From IMG/VR virus record IMGVR_UViG_3300021131_000007, positions 1 through 57,889 of that record: 57,889 bases of DNA, one strand, 5' to 3'. Position numbers and translations under genes: made by a program. Under the pieces are notes generated by a model. The model made no database searches and had not been told where the DNA came from. It was given only the letters and a program-made list of their open reading frames with translations. This DNA is from a virus. Lineage: Duplodnaviria; Caudoviricetes. This document shows positions 9,071 through 17,893 of the stretch, piece after piece (within the stretch, counting starts at the first letter, position 1; the number at the start of each line of letters is the position of its first letter).

Positions 9071-9670
9071 TTGAAATCAATAGAAGAAGTAGCAATTGGC
9101 ATATATAAAATAGATAATTTTATATCAAAAGATGCTTGTGTTTTTTTAAAAAAATATTTAAATCAAGATTTATATGAAAGTCCAAGATATAATATTTATG
9201 GATCTCTTGGGTCGGAATATCCAAAATATTTAGAAATGATAGGTAATTATAAAGAAGACCCTGATTATAATATTGCAATTGATTTGTTTAATTCTATAAT
9301 TTTGTCTTTTAGTAGTCCAGTTTCTTTTATGTTTAAAGAAGATCATATATTAAAACAAACTTACTATAGCGTCATGAAAAATGATAGCGAAAATGAAATT
9401 CATTTAGATAATTATTATTATGACGAATCTGGAGCCCTACAAATAAAAGATGGCTACTCACAAGATAAATCGGCAATGTTATATTTAACCGATGACTACG
9501 AAGGTGGAGAGTTATATTTTCCAAATCAAGATTTTTCAATTAAGCCAAAAGCAGGAACTATGATTTTCTTTGAAGGGGATCACAATAAACCTCATGGAGT
9601 AAAAAAAGTAATTTCTGGGGAAAGATGTAATATAATTACTTTTTTTGAACCTAGGAGTTTAAATGGATAA
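9071..9670 (+). CDS. 2OG-Fe(II) dioxygenase, P4H-like (#7)
   Basis: HLD, YLTDDYEGGELYFP, HGV, GERC; TTG start. Confidence 0.88.
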   Translation: MKSIEEVAIGIYKIDNFISKDACVFLKKYLNQDLYESPRYNIYGSLGSEYPKYLEMIGNYKEDPDYNIAIDLFNSIILSFSSPVSFMFKEDHILKQTYYSVMKNDSENEIHLDNYYYDESGALQIKDGYSQDKSAMLYLTDDYEGGELYFPNQDFSIKPKAGTMIFFEGDHNKPHGVKKVISGERCNIITFFEPRSLNG

Positions 9671-9869
9671 TAAAACAAGAATACTTATTGACGGAAATGA
9701 AGTAGAAGAATTTGAGCAGGCTGTAGACTTAACCATACATACAAAATGTCCAGAAAAATGGTTGCTTATAGACCTAGAAACAGGACAGGAATATGTTGGT
9801 TCAGATAAGCCAAATTTATATGGAAAATGGAAAAGAATTAAAGATGCTATTAAAAAAGATAATCTGTAA
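9663..9869 (+). CDS. small hypothetical protein
   Basis: RBS AGGAG; overlaps the previous stop. Confidence 0.65.
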   Translation: MDNKTRILIDGNEVEEFEQAVDLTIHTKCPEKWLLIDLETGQEYVGSDKPNLYGKWKRIKDAIKKDNL

Positions 9870-9972
9870 GGTTAAGGGACACACGCTTAAATTAGCGGGA
9901 TCTTGTCCATTTACCCAAAGAACATATGATTATTGTCAAAGATGTGACAAATTATTCCTTAAAGTGGAATAA
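9844..9972 (+). CDS. 42-aa Cys/His putative zinc-binding peptide (not in ORF track)
   Basis: Hand-translated: MLLKKIICKVKGHTLKLAGSCPFTQRTYDYCQRCDKLFLKVE; C-x4-H..C-x2-C. Confidence 0.6.
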   Translation: MLLKKIICKVKGHTLKLAGSCPFTQRTYDYCQRCDKLFLKVE

Positions 9973-9986
9973 CTCAGTACAAAATA

Positions 9987-10015
9987 TTCGTATTAAATTA
10001 ATAGAATGGTAAAAT
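9987..10015 (+). promoter_or_regulatory. promoter for the head operon (TTCGTA-N17-TAAAAT, extended -10)
   Basis: ATTCGTATTA at 9986 and TGGTAAAAT at 10007; same architecture at 17807. Confidence 0.55.
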
Positions 10016-10023
10016 AAGTTATT

Positions 10024-10353
10024 ATGAGAGTAACTCCAGTTGAAGAAGTAAATTATGGCACCTATTTATGGGAAATGCCTAACGGTAGCCTTGTTGCTGA
10101 CGAAGAAGGTAATTATATGTGCATTTACGCCATCAAAGGAGATATTAATAAAATTAAAGAATTAAAAGACTTTGCAAAATCTCATGGAATTGAAGAAGGA
10201 AAGCCTATTTGGTTTTCTGGACACCGACCAGTCTCCCAAGAAGAATACGAAAATCAAAAGCAAAGAATGGAATGGGGTCTTGTTGCAGATGAATGGGATA
10301 TCCCAGCATTAAAAGAAGATCTACAACAAAAGAAAAAGATGGGAATCATATGA
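10024..10353 (+). CDS. hypothetical protein upstream of the portal
   Basis: Clean 109-aa ORF coupled to the portal start by ATGA overlap. Confidence 0.7.
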   Translation: MRVTPVEEVNYGTYLWEMPNGSLVADEEGNYMCIYAIKGDINKIKELKDFAKSHGIEEGKPIWFSGHRPVSQEEYENQKQRMEWGLVADEWDIPALKEDLQQKKKMGII

Positions 10354-11927
10354 TAAACCATACAGCTGATGTAGCAGATGATGATTTTGAAAAAAGCACA
10401 ACTATCGAAATTGAAGGTGCTGCTTTAGGCACCTCCCCAAGACAATTACAAGAATCAGATTTTGATGACCCATTTTTAGGAAAAGCTGATGAATTATTAA
10501 AGCTTGAAGGTCTTAATCAAAATTTTAAAAGAAATGCATCACGTAAGTTACAAAAAGCTTATACGGGTTTAGATGATGCAAAGTCTAAAAAACTTGATCC
10601 ACTTGATTTAACTGGATACTCTTTATTTCAAATCGTACAACCCCCATACAATGTGATGTACCTTGCACAGCTATACGACTTATCCCCATACCATCATGCT
10701 GCCGTAGATTCTAAAGTCGCAAATGTAGTGGGATTGGGATATAAATTTGAAGAGAACCAAAAAACTTTGGATAAATTGGAAGATGTTTCTGAAGACGAAA
10801 CAAAACTAGAAAAAGTTCGTCGTAAAATATCTCGTGCAAAGGTAATGATGCGGGATAAGATCGAAAGTCTGAATTCAGATGATACTTTTGAAGAAATGAT
10901 GAAAAAGGTTTATAGGGATCTAGAAGTTACTGGAAATGGCTATCTTGAAGTAGGTAGAACATCTTCTGGAACAATTGGTTACATTGGTCATATACCAGCC
11001 ATTACAATGCGTATAAGACGCCATAGAGACGGTTTTGTACAAGTTGTATACAATCGCTATACCTATTTTAGAAACTTTGGCGATACGACCACACAGGACC
11101 AAATAGGTACAGATCCTCGTCCTAACGAAGTCATTCATTTTAAGAAGTATTCTCCAACAAATACTTATTATGGAATTCCAGATATTATGTCAGCTTCTAA
11201 AGCAGTTGCTGGAGATGAATTTGCAGCTCGTTATAACTTAGATTATTTTGAAAATAAAGCAGTTCCAAGATATATTATCGTATCAAAGGGTGCACGTCTA
11301 AATGCAGATTCCGAAAGAAAACTTTTGGAATTTTTTCAAATTGGTTTAAAGGGTCGTAATCACAGAACACTTTATATCCCTCTTCCATCTGATGGTGAAA
11401 ACTCACGTATTGATTTTGAAATGAAGCCAGTAGAGGCGGGAATTCAAGATTCATCCTTCCAAAATTACTCTGTAGAAAATAGAGACCGTATATTAATTGC
11501 ACATAGAACCCCATTATCTAAAATTGGACATGGAGTTCCTAGTCCATTAGATGATAAAATTTATAAAGAACAGGTTTCCAGACCTATGCAAGATGTTCTT
11601 GAAATGCAAGTTAATAAAATTGTTAAAGAATTTACAGACATGTTTAATTTTAGATTTGAAGAACTTACACTTACAGATGAGCTATCTCAAGCTCAAATTG
11701 ATCAAATTTATCTAACAACTCAGGTTGTAAAGCCTAATGAAGTGAGAATGCGTATGGGATTAAATCCTATTGATTCTGGAGAAGAAGTCTTTGATCCCGC
11801 AGCAAAAGCTGCTGAAATTCAGGCACAAACTATGCAGTCTAGAGCCAGAGATAAAACCAGAAATGCTGCCCCAGAAGAAGCAGTAAGTGGTCGGGCTCGA
11901 AAAGGGGAAGGTAGAAAAGTACAATAA
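10350..11927 (+). CDS. portal protein
   Basis: TGNGYLEV, NEVIHFK, YYGIP, YFENKAVP, PNEVRMRMGLNP; precedes protease and capsid genes. Confidence 0.9.
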   Translation: MINHTADVADDDFEKSTTIEIEGAALGTSPRQLQESDFDDPFLGKADELLKLEGLNQNFKRNASRKLQKAYTGLDDAKSKKLDPLDLTGYSLFQIVQPPYNVMYLAQLYDLSPYHHAAVDSKVANVVGLGYKFEENQKTLDKLEDVSEDETKLEKVRRKISRAKVMMRDKIESLNSDDTFEEMMKKVYRDLEVTGNGYLEVGRTSSGTIGYIGHIPAITMRIRRHRDGFVQVVYNRYTYFRNFGDTTTQDQIGTDPRPNEVIHFKKYSPTNTYYGIPDIMSASKAVAGDEFAARYNLDYFENKAVPRYIIVSKGARLNADSERKLLEFFQIGLKGRNHRTLYIPLPSDGENSRIDFEMKPVEAGIQDSSFQNYSVENRDRILIAHRTPLSKIGHGVPSPLDDKIYKEQVSRPMQDVLEMQVNKIVKEFTDMFNFRFEELTLTDELSQAQIDQIYLTTQVVKPNEVRMRMGLNPIDSGEEVFDPAAKAAEIQAQTMQSRARDKTRNAAPEEAVSGRARKGEGRKVQ

Positions 11928-11980
11928 TATACCACAAATATTTTGCGTTTGTGTGATATGTTGATATTATTTAACTTAGA

Positions 11981-13510
11981 ATGAACATTAAAAAAGTACA
12001 ATGGAATAATAGCGAATCAAGAATCAATTTGTCCTTTCCGATTGCGAAAGTAAACAAAGAGAAAAGAACTGTCGCTGGCTTTGCAACATTAGATAATATT
12101 GATCGTCATGGTGATATTGTAGCATCAGATGCATCAGAAAAGGCATTCCAAAGATTCCGTGGTAACTTACGTGAAATGCACCAACCAATTGCAATTGGCA
12201 AGGTGCTTTCTTTTTCTCCAGAAGATTATTATGATAAAGAATCTGGAAAAACATATAAAGGTATTTATGTAAATGCTTATGTATCAAAAGGTGCACAAGA
12301 TACATGGGAAAAAGTTTTAGATGGCACACTAACAGGATTTTCAATTGGCGGAAACATTGTTCAATCTTCAATGGAGCCAGGAGATAAAGAAGACCGTCGT
12401 GTAATTAAAGAATATGAATTAATGGAACTTTCTCTTGTTGATACTCCTGCAAATCCATTAGCAAATATTTTTTCTATTCAAAAAAATGCAGATGGTACAA
12501 CAATTATTAAAGGTATGGCAGCAGATACATCTGTTGAAAATGTTTTTTGGTGCAAAACAGATAAGATTGCATCATCTACTTCAGAAGTTTCTAAAGATTG
12601 TGTTATTTGTGGAGTAGGTATGGAAAGTGTTGGATGGATTGAAAGTTCAGAAACAGAAAAAGGTTTAGCAATTAGTAAAATTGTTGATTCTTATCTTAAG
12701 AAAGATGATGCTCCAGGCCCAGATCACTCAGCAACAACACAAGACGGAGATGCTGGAACAATTGATTCCAAAGCAACAATTAATTTATATCCTGATCAAA
12801 ATAAAGCTAAGAAAAAGCTAAGAGAAAAAATAAAGAAGTCTGAATCTGGAAACGATTCAGAATATGCTAACGAAGGAGGTAATAAAATGGCAGACGAAAC
12901 AAATAACGATGCAGTTGCAGATGCAATTGAACAAATCGTTGAAGCAGCAGAAGAAGCTATTGATGCAATTGTAGATTCAGCAAACGGATCACAAGATCAA
13001 GATGCTCCAGCTGCAGATGCAGCTCCAGCAGCAGATGCTCCAGTTGCACAAGACGCTCCAGCAGCAGATGCACCAGCAGATGCAGCTCCAGCAATCCCAG
13101 CAGCTCCAGCAGAAGAAAGCGTAGAGAAGTCCGTCACTAACGCAGAAGCAACAAATCCTTTTGCAAAAATGTTGACTGAAATGCGTGACCTTTTCGGTGA
13201 TGCATTGACAAAGAATTCTGCAGACGTAGATGTGAAAATACAAAAGTCGGTAGAAACAGTAGAAGCAGCTCGTGCACAATACGAGAATGCAGTTTCTGAA
13301 ATTAAGAAGGAACTTACTGATCTAACGAATAACATCGCTGATTTCTTCAAGAGATTTGAAGAACTAGAAAAGCGTTTTTCATCATATGAAAACGATACTG
13401 CAGTACAGAAGTCCATTGGTGACGTAGACAGCTCATCAAGGGATACCAAGCTCCAAAAGAATTTGGAGTTTAATTGGCAAGGATCCTTCCTCGGAATCCA
13501 AAGCTTATAA
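11981..13510 (+). CDS. HK97-type prohead protease fused to scaffold
   Basis: GFATLDNIDRHGD, LREMH, GTLTGFSIGG, ELSLVDTPANP; acidic Ala/Pro and coiled-coil C-terminal half. Confidence 0.88.
   Translation: MNIKKVQWNNSESRINLSFPIAKVNKEKRTVAGFATLDNIDRHGDIVASDASEKAFQRFRGNLREMHQPIAIGKVLSFSPEDYYDKESGKTYKGIYVNAYVSKGAQDTWEKVLDGTLTGFSIGGNIVQSSMEPGDKEDRRVIKEYELMELSLVDTPANPLANIFSIQKNADGTTIIKGMAADTSVENVFWCKTDKIASSTSEVSKDCVICGVGMESVGWIESSETEKGLAISKIVDSYLKKDDAPGPDHSATTQDGDAGTIDSKATINLYPDQNKAKKKLREKIKKSESGNDSEYANEGGNKMADETNNDAVADAIEQIVEAAEEAIDAIVDSANGSQDQDAPAADAAPAADAPVAQDAPAADAPADAAPAIPAAPAEESVEKSVTNAEATNPFAKMLTEMRDLFGDALTKNSADVDVKIQKSVETVEAARAQYENAVSEIKKELTDLTNNIADFFKRFEELEKRFSSYENDTAVQKSIGDVDSSSRDTKLQKNLEFNWQGSFLGIQSL
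12887..13510 (+). CDS. nested in-frame scaffolding protein (internal start)
   Basis: Strong SD GAAGGAGGT just upstream of in-frame ATG (MADETNN); DAPAADAAPAA repeats; coiled coil. Confidence 0.6.
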   Translation: MADETNNDAVADAIEQIVEAAEEAIDAIVDSANGSQDQDAPAADAAPAADAPVAQDAPAADAPADAAPAIPAAPAEESVEKSVTNAEATNPFAKMLTEMRDLFGDALTKNSADVDVKIQKSVETVEAARAQYENAVSEIKKELTDLTNNIADFFKRFEELEKRFSSYENDTAVQKSIGDVDSSSRDTKLQKNLEFNWQGSFLGIQSL

Positions 13511-13544
13511 AAATCGAAAAAAATAAAGGTGGTGAAATAAATAA

Positions 13545-14699
13545 ATGAGCAATGAACTATTACAAAAAGTAATTGATACAACAAATCTTGGAACATCAGG
13601 TTCAGATCTATCAGGTGATGGCCGTACCCATTCAGGTACTGGTCTTCTATACCCAGATCAAGCTAACCGTTTCCTAGATTACATGTGGGATGCAACAATT
13701 TTGGCAAAGGCAGCACGTACTATCCGTATGCGTTCCAACACAACTGAAATTGATCGTGTCTCAGTAGGACAACGTCTAATGACTGTTGCAGCAGAAGAGA
13801 ATCCTCGTGATTATGTTAACGCAAATAACGACCAATTCACAAACGCAGCAGCAACATTCTCTAAGATCTCTTTGACAACTCGCAAGCTTCGTCTTGATTG
13901 GGAACTTTCAGCAGAAGCACTAGAGGATAACATCGAAGGTCCAGATCTAGAAGATCATATTGCACGTCTGATGGCAACACAGGCTGGTAATGATATCGAA
14001 GATACTCTTATCAACGCTACAGGAAGCGGAAGTGGACTTATGTCTGCATTCGTCGGTTTCCGTGCTAATGCTATCGCAAATGCACACGTCGTAGATGGAA
14101 ACGCACAAGGTCTAGACAAGGCTGTATTCAACAAGGCAATTAAGACAATGCCTCGTAAGTACAAGCAACGTCGTAATCAACTTCGTTTCTTCACAGGATC
14201 AAACCTAGTACAAGATTATCTATATAATCTTACAGCTAATGCTGGTTCTGTAAATCCATGGGATATCGCTTCTGGCGTTATTCGTGGAGATGTGGTTGCA
14301 AATGATGGCGGACCTGGTTCAACCACTCCGTTCGCATTTGGTATCCCAGTAATTAACGTACCTCTTATGGATGAAACTCGTGATTCCACAGGTAAGTCAT
14401 ACGGTGATTCAGGTTATGATGCTTCAGGAGGTTTGTTCGGTGATCTTCACTTGACATTCCCACAGAACTTCATCGTTGGTATCAAGCGTGATGTTGTTGT
14501 CTATCGTCTCTTCCAACCAAAGAAAGACACAATTGAATATACACTATTCATTCGTGTAGGTTGTGCATTTGAGAACTATGACGCACATGTTATCGTTAAG
14601 AATGTTAAGGTTTCAGGTACTGACTTCGGTACTCTTGGATCTGTAACACACGGTTCACTAGTATCTAACGCAGATACTCGTACACGTGGTACATTCTAA
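13545..14699 (+). CDS. major capsid protein (HK97 fold)
   Basis: Follows the protease/scaffold; GLLYPDQANRF, KLRLDWELSAEALEDNIEG; strong RBS; codon usage looks like a highly expressed gene. Confidence 0.9.
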   Translation: MSNELLQKVIDTTNLGTSGSDLSGDGRTHSGTGLLYPDQANRFLDYMWDATILAKAARTIRMRSNTTEIDRVSVGQRLMTVAAEENPRDYVNANNDQFTNAAATFSKISLTTRKLRLDWELSAEALEDNIEGPDLEDHIARLMATQAGNDIEDTLINATGSGSGLMSAFVGFRANAIANAHVVDGNAQGLDKAVFNKAIKTMPRKYKQRRNQLRFFTGSNLVQDYLYNLTANAGSVNPWDIASGVIRGDVVANDGGPGSTTPFAFGIPVINVPLMDETRDSTGKSYGDSGYDASGGLFGDLHLTFPQNFIVGIKRDVVVYRLFQPKKDTIEYTLFIRVGCAFENYDAHVIVKNVKVSGTDFGTLGSVTHGSLVSNADTRTRGTF

Positions 14700-14720
14700 T
14701 ATAACCTTTTAAGGTGCAAA

Positions 14721-14751
14721 TAAGCGGGGGATGTTAATCATCTCCCGCTTA
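14721..14751 (+). terminator. hairpin after the capsid gene
   Basis: TAAGCGGGGGATG-TTAAT-CATCTCCCGCTTA, 13-bp stem with one G-U. Confidence 0.7.
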
Positions 14752-14762
14752 TATATTTAAAA

Positions 14763-14771
14763 TGGTATAAT
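14763..14771 (+). promoter_or_regulatory. extended -10 promoter TGGTATAAT
   Basis: Exact motif, intergenic, recurring at 8179, 18698, 29107, 54746, 55610. Confidence 0.65.
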
Positions 14772-14797
14772 AGGTATTGACATGAAAGGAATAATAA

Positions 14798-15193
14798 ATG
14801 TCATTTGACACACTAAAAACTACTGAATTAAAAAAAGTTGCTGAAACATTCGGTATTGATTTACCAGAAAAGAATACAAAGCAAGCACTGATACTAGCCC
14901 TACAAGAAGAGGGTATTACATATGATATGTATGCTAAGTTTAGCGGTGCAGAACAAGTAGAAGTTAAAGATACAGATTTAGACAAGCCAGCTAAAAAGGT
15001 AAAGCTAGATAAAGCAAATACTGTTTTAGTAAGAATGGATAGATTGAATCCATCATATAGTACACATGGATACACATTCACACAAGATCATCCATTTATT
15101 GCTATGTCTGAAGATGAAGCACAAAGAATTTTTGATACAGAAATAGGATTCCGTCCAGCCACTCCAAGAGAGGCACAGGATTTCTATAATTAA
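14798..15193 (+). CDS. hypothetical protein with N-terminal Rho-N/HeH-like helix pair
   Basis: LKTTELKKVAETFGIDL..KQALILAL; RBS AAAGGA. Confidence 0.6.
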   Translation: MSFDTLKTTELKKVAETFGIDLPEKNTKQALILALQEEGITYDMYAKFSGAEQVEVKDTDLDKPAKKVKLDKANTVLVRMDRLNPSYSTHGYTFTQDHPFIAMSEDEAQRIFDTEIGFRPATPREAQDFYN

Positions 15194-15209
15194 TTAGGGG
15201 GTAAGTCAG

Positions 15210-16151
15210 TTGCATCAAATAGTTAGAGGTACAACAGAACTTGCAGAGTTCGAGATATATGTAAATGGGCAACTGGCCAACGCAGATGGTGATGTTGTTG
15301 TCTCAGTTACAGATGCTAACTATGGAACCGTAGTAGGAACTGGCGGGACTGCAACAAATGACCCTGCACTAGGTAAATATACATTTGACCTAGATTCATC
15401 TTATACAACACTTAATAGAGTACTGAGGTTGCAATGGGATTATACTGTAAATGGAAAAACAGTATCATCTGAAGATTTTTATGAAGTCTTCACTCCATAC
15501 GCCTCAGTTTCTTCTATAATGGATTATTATAATTTTGGCACAAGGGCACAAGATCTTGATTACAAGAGCGAGCAAGAAATTATTATGGCAGAACGTGTAG
15601 CCCGTTATCAAATTGAAGCATATGCTGGGCAATCATTTGGAAGATACTGGGGAGACCAAGAAGTATTCGGATATGATTCAGATGCAATAGAATTAACTCA
15701 GCGTATGGTCAATGTAGAAAAATTATATGAAGATGGTATTCTTGTTATTGATTATACACAAGATCCAGTCTATAATTCTTTTGGATATGACGTAGAACTA
15801 TCAACAACAAACAAAGCATTGCGAATTGTAAAAAATGCTCAAGATGTTATTTATGAAGGTCAATTTGATCCTACAATTCTTTATTATGGACGATTTAGAC
15901 AATATGCTAGATATAAAGTTTATGGAGAGCTAGGGTGGACTTATGTACCACAAGACGTTAAACATTGTGCAGTTAGATTAGCTGGAAATTTACTTTCCCG
16001 TGACGCCCAATGGCGTGAAAGATATTTGAAAAAAGTTGACCTTTCTGAAATTTCATTTGAATTAGCAGACGGAGCATTCAATGGAACTGGCGATGTAATC
16101 GTAGATTCAATTCTTGATAATTACAGAAATACAGGGATTGTGATAATCTAA
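15210..16151 (+). CDS. head-tail adaptor
   Basis: Position; PYASV, IEAYAGQSF, GWTYVPQDVK, ILDNYR. Confidence 0.65.
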   Translation: MHQIVRGTTELAEFEIYVNGQLANADGDVVVSVTDANYGTVVGTGGTATNDPALGKYTFDLDSSYTTLNRVLRLQWDYTVNGKTVSSEDFYEVFTPYASVSSIMDYYNFGTRAQDLDYKSEQEIIMAERVARYQIEAYAGQSFGRYWGDQEVFGYDSDAIELTQRMVNVEKLYEDGILVIDYTQDPVYNSFGYDVELSTTNKALRIVKNAQDVIYEGQFDPTILYYGRFRQYARYKVYGELGWTYVPQDVKHCAVRLAGNLLSRDAQWRERYLKKVDLSEISFELADGAFNGTGDVIVDSILDNYRNTGIVII

Positions 16152-16600
16152 TGTTAGATTCGTATATTAGTAGTGTTATGAATATGACTGCTGATGTACT
16201 GATTCAGCAAAATGAGCAATCAGAGTCAAGCGGTACTATAACCAGAGAATGGGTTTATGATCGTACAATTAGATGCAAAATAGAACCTTTAAAGTCATCT
16301 GGTGGCGGAAATCGTTATGATAATAAAAAATTTGATATTGGTAAGCACAATGAATATGACGAAAAGCTACAATTAAAAATGAAATGTTTAGTCCCATTTT
16401 CAAAGCGTTGGAGAATCACTGCAATTAGATCTAGTGATCAAAAGCAGGTTTATACTGAAGTTGATAGATACGATAATCCAGATACTATTTTTGATGTCAC
16501 TGCATCCCACGCAATATTAGATCCATTTGGCAAAGTATCATATTACGAAGTAACGCTGCAAAGGGTACATGTTCAAAATGATAACAATACAACCAAGTAA
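16151..16600 (+). CDS. head closure / stopper protein (putative)
   Basis: Synteny and size; beta-rich. Confidence 0.55.
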   Translation: MLDSYISSVMNMTADVLIQQNEQSESSGTITREWVYDRTIRCKIEPLKSSGGGNRYDNKKFDIGKHNEYDEKLQLKMKCLVPFSKRWRITAIRSSDQKQVYTEVDRYDNPDTIFDVTASHAILDPFGKVSYYEVTLQRVHVQNDNNTTK

Positions 16601-17303
16601 AGCAGATATATTAAATATAGAGTCTAAACTAAATGTAAAAATTGACGGGGTAAAAGAATTATCTAGTCCATTAGTACTATCAGAATTAGCCAATGCTATA
16701 TTTACAATAACTGCAAATGCTTTTGTAAAAGCTATGAATATAGAAGCAAAAGGAAATCCTAAAAAATATCATCATATTTATGAATGGAATAAAGTAGGGC
16801 TTTCATCTGGCAGATTATTTTTTTTGTATAAAGAATCTACTAATAATGGTTTATTAGTTATTAAACCTGGTTTTACCAAATCTAAAACCAAGGTTCCAGT
16901 TGCACCAGAGCTTTTAATGCCAGGCAAAACAGGTAAAGTTGTAGCATCTAAATATATTTTTAGAGATAAAGCTTTTATTATGGAATCTGGCAAACCTATT
17001 ATTTATCGTGCATCTAAAAATTTACCTATTCCAGATAATGGCAAAATTAGATTTGTGGCTGCAGGAACTGTAATCAAAAACTATAATCCTGGAGGAAAAC
17101 AAGTAAAAGGATCGTTTGAAAAGTTTTATAGTTTATGGTTCGCAACAAAGGCAGCCTCAATTATTAATGCGTCTGGAATTACCACGGCTATAGATGCTGA
17201 ATTGGCTAAAGTTTTAGAACAGAATAATGCGGGGCCTGCTGAGGTAAGAACTGCTATAATTAATCTATTAAAACAATATTCTAGGGGAGCAGAAGTTATA
17301 TGA
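16569..17303 (+). CDS. neck / tail completion protein (putative)
   Basis: Synteny; basic; HHIYEW motif. Confidence 0.5.
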   Translation: MFKMITIQPSKADILNIESKLNVKIDGVKELSSPLVLSELANAIFTITANAFVKAMNIEAKGNPKKYHHIYEWNKVGLSSGRLFFLYKESTNNGLLVIKPGFTKSKTKVPVAPELLMPGKTGKVVASKYIFRDKAFIMESGKPIIYRASKNLPIPDNGKIRFVAAGTVIKNYNPGGKQVKGSFEKFYSLWFATKAASIINASGITTAIDAELAKVLEQNNAGPAEVRTAIINLLKQYSRGAEVI

Positions 17304-17806
17304 CAGACTATAAATTAACAGCTTCATCTGAAATAAGAAAGTATCTTTGGGATAATATTAAAGATGCAGAAATTCTTGATGAAAATGATTATTATGCTGA
17401 TGGGTTTGCATCTGCCTTAACCCCTATAATTCCAACGCAGCAAGTTCCAGAATTCAATAATCTTCTTCCAGGAAGAACTTATTTAATTTATGATTTTGAA
17501 GTAAAAACAGTGCCAGTACAATGGTGGATGACAGAAGAATCTATGACCATAACTGTTATTTCTCAAAATTATGAAGTAATCAATCAAATTAACAATTTGA
17601 TGCATGATTTATTTAGAAGATATGATCAGAGTGCTTCAGATTTAAATGCCTATCTTGATGGCGATACAGATTTCATATATCATCACATAATGATAGATTC
17701 AATCATGTCCCCCGAGCCATTTAGCACTGAAGGTGACTACCAGATGGCTAGTACGACCTTTACCTACAACTATTCTCGCAAATTAGACGGGAACGGAAGG
17801 TTCTAA
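17300..17806 (+). CDS. tail terminator protein (putative)
   Basis: Acidic 168-aa ORF directly before the major tail gene. Confidence 0.55.
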   Translation: MTDYKLTASSEIRKYLWDNIKDAEILDENDYYADGFASALTPIIPTQQVPEFNNLLPGRTYLIYDFEVKTVPVQWWMTEESMTITVISQNYEVINQINNLMHDLFRRYDQSASDLNAYLDGDTDFIYHHIMIDSIMSPEPFSTEGDYQMASTTFTYNYSRKLDGNGRF

Positions 17807-17836
17807 ATTCGTATTATAGTCCCAATATGTTATTAT
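17807..17836 (+). promoter_or_regulatory. promoter for the major tail gene (TTCGTA-N17-TATTAT, extended -10)
   Basis: ATTCGTATTA-N11-TGTTATTAT, same spacing as the 9986 element. Confidence 0.5.
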
Positions 17837-17893
17837 TGTGTTACGAGGAAGATTTTGTCAAATTTTAAAAACAATAAGGTGGTGAAATAAAAA

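Noticed and set aside
12989-13596. Minus-strand Cys/Trp-rich and Ala-rich ORFs, and other antisense ORFs in the track
   Set aside because: They overlap well-supported + strand genes and have no motifs or RBS
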